From a virus: DNA of 64,000 nt. Made by a program: the position numbers and the translations under genes. The notes below the pieces were generated by a model. The model saw nothing but the letters and a program-made list of their open reading frames with translations, was not told the origin of the DNA and ran no database searches. The DNA lies in the IMG/VR virus record IMGVR_UViG_3300042945_002791; one strand, 5' to 3'. Position 1 is the stretch's first letter. Every line of letters starts with the position of its first letter. This document shows, in pieces, positions 55,001 to 64,000 of this stretch.

Positions 55001-58000
55001 CTGCGATACTTCTAGATACAGGATCTAGATCATCATCTGCAGATGAAATGTTTTTAGTTGCGCCTTCGGCAATAATTAAAAAGTTTAACAAACCAGTTAT
55101 ATGAGAATATTTTTTTAAAAGAAGGTAATCTAAATCTTCAAATAAAGGCTTTCTACTAGTTCCATTATAATTTTTTCCTGTGTCTAAAAATATTTCAGAA
55201 CTGTAATTGACAGCTTCTTTTATTTTATTTACATCCAATGGTTGCACTGATCCACTTGGACTGTCTTGCGTTTCGGTCAATCCATTTTGAACAAATTTTT
55301 CACCAAGAAGAGACTCAAATTCTTCTGATGCATCTCCTTGAAAAACAATGTCAAAAGTTTTTCCAGTTCCATCGTATCCTTTACTAATATCTTTGCTATA
55401 TCTTCTAAAGATTGTCTGATCGTCGTTTTGGTTTATTATTAAACTTAATATAGCTTCTGGTAGTTTTTCAGTATCATCTGCATCAATTCCAAATGTTTCA
55501 AAAAAAATATCTTTTACTTTTTTCTCTTCATGAAAATTAACTCTAAAGAAATCCCATATTTCCCTTGCTTGAGATAGAGTTCTTCCATTGCCTGCTATTA
55601 CAGATGTCGTTGGATCATAATCTTCATCGTAATTTCTTCTAGCAGCTGTTGAAACTATGTAGTCTGCTTCTGGATCGTATATATCAACAAATACATTTCT
55701 TCCTTCATCATCGTCGTCACCACCATCTTTAAAAGTATTTATCTCTTTAGCTAATCTGGTGTATAAGTTGTCTTTACTTATTTTTTCAAAATCTCCATTT
55801 ATAACACTAGAAAAATATCCATAGTCACCTTTAAATGGAATCGGGTTTCCACCTATAGAAGCTCTTAACATAGCTTCTTCTTTTGTCTCAAAAACAATTT
55901 CTGCGTCGCCAGCTGGACTAAACATCGCCTCTTTTATTGCGTCGTTGTCTTTTACTAAATCTGTATTTTTTAGAATCTCTGCTAAATAACCGTACTCCCT
56001 ATACGAATTATCACCATATGTCTTAAAAAGGTCTTCTCCTTGAAATCCCATATCTTTGTCTGCGTCATTGTATTCTTCAAAAATAGCTTTTGCGCCATCT
56101 GCACCAGATGCAGGTGTTCCAAAACCAATAATAAAAGATTTGTCTGATATCCATTTTCCTTTTTTATCTAAATCAGGAGCATAATCGTACATTGTTGGAT
56201 TTATAATTGTAGAAGGTATAATTCCTAATGGAAAATCGTCTTCTACAAAAGTAAATAAACATCTTCTTGATATTGGAACTATGACTGATCCATAATATTT
56301 TGAAACTAAATCTTTTTGATATAAAGACTCTTGAATGCCAGCACTGTTTCCAAGAACTCCTACAGCTTTTTGATAGTCTTCAAAATGATTTTTAGGAAGT
56401 TCATTATCTCTTCCGGTTCTATCTACTCCAGCTGAGTTTTTAGAAACGTTTAGAGAACTATTGGCTATAAAATCTAGACCATATAACGGGAGTTGCAGAC
56501 TTCTTTCTACCGCATGAGTAGCGTATGATTCACTTGTTAATATACCAAGATAGTATGCAGCATCGGGTGAGACTACGGCATCTATGAATGGGTTCTCGGC
56601 GTCTGTTGCATAGCTGCTGTATTCTATCTTGTTTTCTATAAAAGCAGCGTCTTTTTGATTTCCCCAAAGGAAATATGCCGGATAGCATACAACTGCTGTA
56701 TTAGTTAATGGACTATAAACCATAACTTTTCTTTTTTTGTAATCAGAAGCTTTTCCAAATAAATAATTTGAAATATCAGAATTATTACCATTGAGCCCCA
56801 TTGATTCAGATGCATATGCTGTTTTAAACTTATCACGTAAACTTGTATCTTCTTCAAAAAACTCTGGATTATATGGCCATCGCATAGCTATATAAAACTG
56901 CTCTTGCTCAGCTGTTTTTGGAGTTCCCCATTCTTTGTATATTTTTAATTTTTTTATTTTATCATAAGTATCTTTATTCTCGAATTCAAAAGGAGCATAA
57001 GTTTGATTTTCGCTATCATCATTTAAAAATTTGTACTTACCTATTAAAATATTATCTGACCCTTTTTTAAACAAGGTAGCTTGATCCTCTAGCGACTTAT
57101 CACTTAAGTCGTCTGCATTAACGGTAAATCTAATGTTTTCACTATAAGGTAGCGGCATTGTGATTTTGTCAAATGCCGCGCTAATTGTTGGACTCATAGA
57201 ATAGTCTGTTGGAGATCTATCCATAAAAGCTGATCCGGCGTATGAATTTGCAAAGTCTGCATTCATTCCTTCGATTAAACCCCTTGTAAACTGAAAGGAA
57301 TCAAGCTTATAATATCCTTCAATTTTTGATATATTATCACCTAAATTAAAAATTCCAGAAGCAGAGGTGCTTAATGCTGATAGCTCAGCAAAAAATAAAT
57401 TTCTAAAATCTACTGAACCAGTATACCTTGCTGAAGAAGGTCCATTAAAATCACCCTCATCTTCTCTATAATCAAATAAATCTCTCGCAGTGTAGTTGAA
57501 CACATATCCACTATGTCTACCATCAAATGCTTTTGTTGCTCTACTTGTAAAATATGGAAACTGATATCTATAAGGAAGTTGTGGTATTTGTTTGTGCTTT
57601 TCTGCTATTTCAGATACTGGCATTTCTTGTTCCTCTTGATCTCCAAATGGAAGGTGAAAGCCAACATTAACAAGGCCTGAGCTTACAGGAAGACGAGAAG
57701 CTATTTTCTTTTCTTCGCTATCATAAAAAAACATTCTTCTTGGATCATAAAAATTTATTAACTTCTTTGTATAGTTTTTCTTAATATATTCAACTGGGGC
57801 AAATTCTTCTGTGCCAGTATATATTTTATTAGCTTGCTGTTTTGCTGCCTCATATGGTTCAAAAGTTTTTAGGAAAGCAGTTGCATCCTGCATAGGACTA
57901 GCTTCTTTATTTATCTTGTTTAAGATATCAAGAAGCTCTTGGTCTGGAGATTCCATCTTCGGACCAGTGTCAATCAGACCCTTTTTCATTGCTGCATCTG

Positions 58001-61000
58001 GATGCAAGAATCCAGTAGAAACGGGTACAACACCGGAAGTGTAAAGCCAGTGTGGTTTTCCATAGAAAACTGTAGACCTATCTTCGAATGGTCTTACTGC
58101 AACTATATAATTTGGAAGAAGCCTTGCACACAATTGAAACATATCCCACACGGATCTCATATATGTTTGGGCTCTAAATGAAACCTCATCAAATCCTGGC
58201 ATGTCGTCATCCAATGAGGACAAAAGACCAAGCGTTTCAAATATGCTTCCTGCTGTTCTTCCGTTTGTAACACCTAGTAATCCTGCGCCCAACATAGCAG
58301 ATCCTACAACTGGCATTCCTACAGCAAGTAGGCCAGCACCAGCTACGCCAATAAGACCGCTTAAAAACTGTGCTGAACCTTCTATGTTAGAAGAGTCGTT
58401 TAAAGCACCGCCGTTAACTGTTCTAGCCTGACTCTCTGCTAGTGCGCTATTTCTTTCTATTGCCTTACTCCATTGTGCGTCGCCTAACCTGCGGACATAG
58501 GCCATTCTATCTTCTGATAAATTTTCATTATTATCTATTGTTGCTGCGGTTGACCACCCAGAATCAAGGTCTCCACCTAAGAATTGAGCTACCCCTAAAC
58601 CGTTTCCTGGATATATATTTCTTTTAAAAATTTCATAGTCTCTTTGAGTATTAAGGTTAGCCATTAGAGTTCTCATGTGGCCAACTATTGGGGACCTCAT
58701 TGCAAAACCTGCAGTTCCTGCTGCTATAGCTCCTACTGGGCCTCCAGTAAATCCGCCAAGAATTGCTGAACCTAAACCAATTCCAGTGTCAACGCCATTG
58801 TAAGATCCTCCAGTTTGACTCCATGCTGCCTTAAGTAGGCTTGATGCATTTAGTTTGTCTGTAGATGCAGCTTCGATAGCATTCTTAAAGCCTTCTTTAA
58901 TCTTTGCATTTCTATCTGCTTCAAGATCGTTTAGTGGTTCATATAATATGTGTCCAAAATGTCTAATTCCAAATTTGTTTTCAGAAAAAACAGTTCCTCT
59001 TGTTGCGTGCTTCATGGCCTCTCTGAACCTAGAGGTACCCATAGATAGAAGCTTAACCATTAAGTCTCTTGGTTCAGACAAGAACATTCCGGTATTTAAA
59101 CCTCCATCAATTTTTCCGCTATCACCTTTTTTGTTTGCAGAGTTTATGATTGGACTTAGTTCTATAGCGTCGGACTGACAAGTAACTGTAACAATTTCTC
59201 CTTGTTCAACATTGGTAACCATGCCATTGAAAAGGGTTTGCAAAGAGTTTGGATTAGAACCATATCCACCCCTTAGGTGAACTCTTACTCCTGGCTTTAG
59301 TCTAATGTTTTCAATGTCTACAACATACTTATTTTCATAATGCCTTCTAAAGTTATCTTGTCTTCTCAATAAGACGTCAACAATTCTTTCCAATCCTTGA
59401 GTCATATTTTCTGGTTGAGATTGGTCGTTTGAATTATTTACATCATCGTAGGCGCTGCTGCCTTCTCTGTATATTTCGGAAGCTTCTGGTCTTGTTAGCT
59501 TTGAATACATATTTGATACTCTGAATATCAAAGTGTCTCCTAATATATCTTCTGACTGAACTATTGAAAAATCTATTATTGATTGTAGTCCATAAAAATT
59601 GTCAAAGATTTTAACTCCGGCCATTCCAAGACCGCCCTCATCAATGAGCCATAACATATATGTAGGGAATGCTCTAATCATTCTTCCTGAAATATCTCTA
59701 TAAGAAGTATCTACCAGCATTTTTTCCCAGTGCTTTGTTACTGAGTACTGGTCGCCATTTGGTCCTATTGATTCTGGATCAGATCCAGAGTTAGAGTAGG
59801 CGTATTGATACTCTGACAAAGCCTTTGTTCCAATTTCACTCATATGAGCTTTTGTTACTGCTTTATCTGGAGTCTGACTATCTGCTACTTTAGAAAAAGA
59901 TACTACATCTATCTTTTCATTTTCTTGTGTTTTTAAATCGTCAAGAACTTGCTGTGCTTCTTTTTTTTGCTTTTCTGTTTTAGTTGGATCTAACAAAGTA
60001 TTTCTAGCATTTTGTGCAGCTGTCTTATTAATTTTTTTAACTGTAAAATCACTATTCTTTAAATAGAATCTACCATCTGTTCTAGCAAGATACCCAAAGT
60101 TATATCCATGAGCAGTTTGAATCATAGCTGGAACATGATTTGCAGTTCCATCTTCTGAAGCTGGTATTGCATACACTAAACCGTGAACGTATGGAGATCC
60201 CTCAATTCCAGAAGTTAAATTATCTGGATCTATGGATACAAACTCAGACTCTGATGAGGCTGTTTGTGAGAAAACTGCATCCAACGTTTCCTTAAGACCT
60301 TCTTCTGAGTTTGTAATTTGACCAACACTATATTCTCCCATAGGAACAGAAAATTTAGTATCAGAGAATATATATACTTTGTCTTCTTCTTCTAGCTCAT
60401 CAATATAGTCTAATAATAAAGATCTTTTAATTTGACCAGCGTACTTTGTTATTGTTGCTTCAACTATTTTATATGATTTGGTTGGACTAAGGTTATTTAA
60501 CTTAAGATAGGCAACGAGTCCCTCTAAGTCGCTCTTCTTAAGGTAGTCAGCAACAATATCAGCATATCTATTGATTTCTTTTTGTTCTTCAGATCTAGAG
60601 CTTTCCCCTTGCTGTTCTGCGTCTTCATAAACTGCAACTTGCGTTGCTTCCTGCAAGCTTTGGTTAACAATTACATCCCTATCGAACATTTCAAAGCTTC
60701 TGAAATAATAATCAGGATCCATACATCCTACGACATTTTTATTCTTATCGTATATTTCTAATGGCAAATCTGGGTATGCGTTGAATGCTCCCCAAAGTTG
60801 TTTAATTCTTAGGAAAGGATTTCTTTTTGTTCCAAACTCATCAACAAATTTTTGCTGTTGCTCAGAAGAGAGTTTTTCTCTTTTTTGTTGAAATATGTCA
60901 AAATCCACTAACGTTAATTGAACCTTGTATACATGTGGGTATCCAGGAATTGTATCAACATTATATCTAAGGGGAAGAACATATTTAACGCCACAAAGAG

Positions 61001-63819
61001 ATGTAATTATATTCTTGATTCCCAAGAAACCTATGACACCTGCTGCATGTTCTAGCCTGGCTAAACCGTTAATATGTTCAAATATATTTCTTATTTTTAT
61101 TAACTCTGCTTCTCCAAAAACAGTCATAGATATACTGACATAACTATCTTTACCACCTACGTGTTGATAGGTTGGCTCTTCTTGTAGCTGAAGTTGAAGT
61201 TTTACCAAACTATTACCTAGGCTTACATTAACTCCATCGACAATAACTTTTTCTGGATCTAGGTCGACTTGAACCATTGGAACTTCCCACTCTCTAAATG
61301 AGTAGGCGTTCTGCTTTGCTTGTTGTGCGTCTATGTAATCTTTAATTGGTCCAGAAGAAAAGAATCTATCATAGAGCGTATTATTAAATGCTTTAGATAA
61401 TTCATCTTTTATTTTTGCCCTAACTTCTGCTACGGCTGCTGGGTTTTTAGCTACATTATCAGCTTGGACTTTTTCAAATGTTAAATCTTCTACAAGCTTT
61501 GTTAATAGACCTGCTGATCCATATGACTGTTGTCTTAGATAGTTTTTAATATATTTTAAACTATATTTTGATTGATCTACATCAGTTGACCCACCAAGAG
61601 GAAATAATTTAATTTCATCAGATGGTGCTATGTCAGTTTCCCCTAAAAGATACTCTGCTCCAGAATAATTTTTACTAGTATCAGATGGAACGGTATAAAC
61701 TATTGGATTATTTAATATATATGCAGTAGCTAAATACTTATAAATTTTATCATTTATTCCGTCTTCATTTCTACCAGCTAATATTAAGTCAATAGCTGTT
61801 GTAACTTTTCTTTTAACACTCATTGAATAGTTTCTATCCATTGATGTTGTTACTACGCTGTCTAACGTTCTGCCATATCCAGCTGATTCATTTATATCAA
61901 TTCCAAACTTGTATAATGTAGCGTTCCAAAAATTTCTTCCTGTATCATTTAATATTTTTTCTTGTTGTGATCTAAAAGTTGATGTATCAGGAGTAAATAT
62001 TCTTGACTGGACTCTTTCTGGCATAAACACACTTATGTTATTTCCATTTCTCCAGTCTCTTATAATATTAGTTTTTAAAACTGTACTTGTTTCATCATTT
62101 ATGGATTGATTTACTGAACCAGTAAAAGTTACATTGGAAGTTCCTGGATCAACATCTGCTGTTTGGTTTTGAGTTGACGATGTTAGGTTTGGCATGTTGG
62201 GGTCTTGAATCTGAGTATCAATAATGTCTTGACTCAATAAGAACTCTTTATTGATATAAGCATCTAGGCTTTGTGCAGCCCTGCCCATATAGTGTCTATA
62301 CTTACCCCAATGAACAGCTTGGTTAAAGTCCTTAATCATTGGCAAGAATGGTTTATGATTGAATGAATTAAGCTCAAGGTCTACAACTAAACAAAAAGGG
62401 AAACCAGGAATTGTTGATATGTTCATTCCAGCTAGAGCAACACCAGTGATTCCATGAACTGCATTTAAATATTGATTTTTAATCGGAAGAATTGGAGAAT
62501 ACTTAAATGCTGCTACTAAACCTCTTAATGAAGAAAGAAATTTATCTATCTTATCTTCGCTATCTGTAGCAAAATCAATGGCAAAATCATCTTTTGAAAG
62601 ATCTATATTTGCTGCGTCTTTGATTGATATTCCCCAAATTTCTTCATAGTTAGGAAAGAATAACCTCATTGAAACTGAGGTTTCTTTGTATCCAGCGTTA
62701 AACTTCGGAGTATTTTTTTGTCTGATTGCTCCGTCCAGTTAAACTTCCTGTCTTAAACATGGAGTTAACGTTAATTGTTACTGGTGGCACATAGAAATTA
62801 GCTGCGCCTAATCTTAGGTGAAATATATCTGGTGGTCTTGGTGGAATATTGTTTCTAAATGGAAATTCAGCTAATGCAGCTTCTATTCTCATAGCTGTAT
62901 TGATTAATGTCCAAGCTGGTTTGAATATTGCATCACCGTTTACGTCTGTACCAAAAGCTTTAAACATTCTTTTGGCCATTTCAATTGGATCATTTAACGG
63001 ATCTTTTGTTGAGCCACCAAATCCATTATTTGAATAATCTGCTGTTGCAGCCAAAGCGGTAAAAATATATTCTGCTAAATTAGGAAAATACCTAGACATC
63101 AACCATGCAGATATCGGATCTTTTATTATTATGTTATAAGTTCTAGTTAGTGCCGCTAACCAATCTAGATCTTCACCGTATTCGTCAACATACTCAAGTG
63201 CACTTTTTTGTAGTGCGTCTTTGCTAACATATCTTTTTCTAGCAAAGTCTTGAACCTTAGGTTTATAAAACAGTAGATCTAATAAACCAGACTCAGAAAG
63301 TCTATAAAGAACTTTTCTAGCTTCTTCGCCTTTTATATCTTTTGGAGAAATATGATAAAAAAAGTCTTTAAAATTTACAGTAAAATCAGAACTAATTCCC
63401 CTATATGTGCCAGTTCCTACTCCATCTCCACCTATGGAAAAATCTTTATCGTTACCGTAACCATATAGAATTGAACCGGCACCACCAACAGAAAGTCTCT
63501 TTAAATTACTTACCGCTTCTGCTGTTTGTGGTATTTCTGTTATTTTATAAAACTCACTGTAAGAACCAGATATTGAAAAAGATGCTTGTTTTGAAGTCCA
63601 AAGTGGTCCTGCATAAGTTTTTAGCATAAACTGTATAAGATCAGGAGATGACATTTTGTCGCTATCAGTTACAAACAATTCCCAGGCATCACCGAAGTAA
63701 TCACTTATAAAGTCTTTTTCTGCTTCTAAGAGATTATCATAATTTTCAATGATTCCATCAAAAAGAAGAATCACGTAACTATCTAGGTCACTTTTTGTAA
63801 CTGTATCTGGTACTGACAT
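52030..63819 (-). CDS. giant (~3928 aa) tail/baseplate protein reconstructed with three +1 shifts at CGGA (62730-62733, 53495-53498, 53167-53170)
   Basis: ...FKTGSLTG-[CGGA]-AIRQKNTPKFNAGYKETSVSMRLFFPNYEEIWG...; ...KQAKNASGMQ-[CGGA]-TTGFAGALITTGLATVVG...; ...KALLPGIL-[CGGA]-VNSRRMVRTNEGYSYIRTDDLL...; span 11790 mod 3 = 0 = three shifts. Confidence 0.72.
53167..53170 (-). other. +1 shift site TTA-CGG-A
   Basis: giant tail protein. Confidence 0.75.
53495..53498 (-). other. +1 shift site CAA-CGG-A
   Basis: giant tail protein. Confidence 0.8.
62730..62733 (-). other. +1 shift site GGA-CGG-A
   Basis: giant tail protein. Confidence 0.72.
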
Positions 63820-63828
63820 CTTTAATTC

Positions 63829-64000
63829 CTATATCATATTGTTATTTCTAATTATAGCAGACATCCTTGAACTGGAAGAATTACTTTCTGTAAATTTGCT
63901 ATAATTTGTTACCGACATTCCCTTTGGCATACCTTGTGATGAGGCTAAGTAGGGCTGATTTCTTGACAATATTTGGTCTTTATTTCCAAGAAATTGATTT
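63829..64000 (-). CDS. 3' end of a further structural gene, truncated by the window edge
   Basis: ...NQFLGNKDQILSRNQPYLASSQGMPKGMSVTNYSKFTESNSSSSRMSAIIRNNNMI*. Confidence 0.5.
   Translation of the reverse strand, partial: NQFLGNKDQILSRNQPYLASSQGMPKGMSVTNYSKFTESNSSSSRMSAIIRNNNMI

Noticed and set aside
1196-62733. Interpretation of the split ORFs as pseudogenes or random sequencing indels
   Set aside because: All 16 disruptions occur at the same trinucleotide, all in the same direction (+1), in essential genes with otherwise intact sequence. They are not in homopolymers. A systematic platform error at C-before-GG remains the main alternative and should be excluded with reads.
1-64000. CRISPR array, retron, DGR or transposase
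   Set aside because: No regularly spaced repeats, reverse transcriptase or transposase motifs were seen.

Overview
This 64 kb window is AT-rich and comes from a large tailed-phage genome, almost entirely coded on the minus strand. It carries DNA replication and nucleotide metabolism genes (DnaE-type Pol III alpha, AEP-like primase, DnaB-like helicase, RNase H, class II RNR, ThyX, dCMP deaminase, dNMP kinase), then a long tail/baseplate module (gp25-like, baseplate-J-like, M15 peptidase, PG-binding domain and several giant structural ORFs). The main finding is that about a dozen apparently broken genes, including essential ones, are each restored by one rule. Wherever CGG occurs in the zero frame, the ribosome must move +1, so NNN-CGG-N is read either as NNN-[CGGN] or as NNN-(C)-GGN. 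I found 16 such sites in 12 genes: Pol III alpha, primase, sigma-like factor (2), RecB/Cas4-like nuclease (2), MutH/VSR-like nuclease, gp25-like baseplate protein, OB-fold/spike-like protein, a conserved small protein, three tail proteins, and one ~3.9k-aa giant protein (3). In my manual scan CGG is otherwise absent in frame, although it is common out of frame, with one exception (18277-18280, where it must be read as a triplet). Where family conservation is informative (DnaE LGM..TDHGN, sigma region 4, nuclease DIG..RSSWEANFAR, spike QGIQ.VAPE.G), the residue expected at the site is glycine. This points to CGGN quadruplet decoding or programmed +1 frameshifting on a hungry or unassigned CGG codon. 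A second observation is a strong excess of the tripeptide (A/S)-T-P in a few tail proteins, especially 40789-45595. No tRNA, CRISPR array or transposon was recognised.
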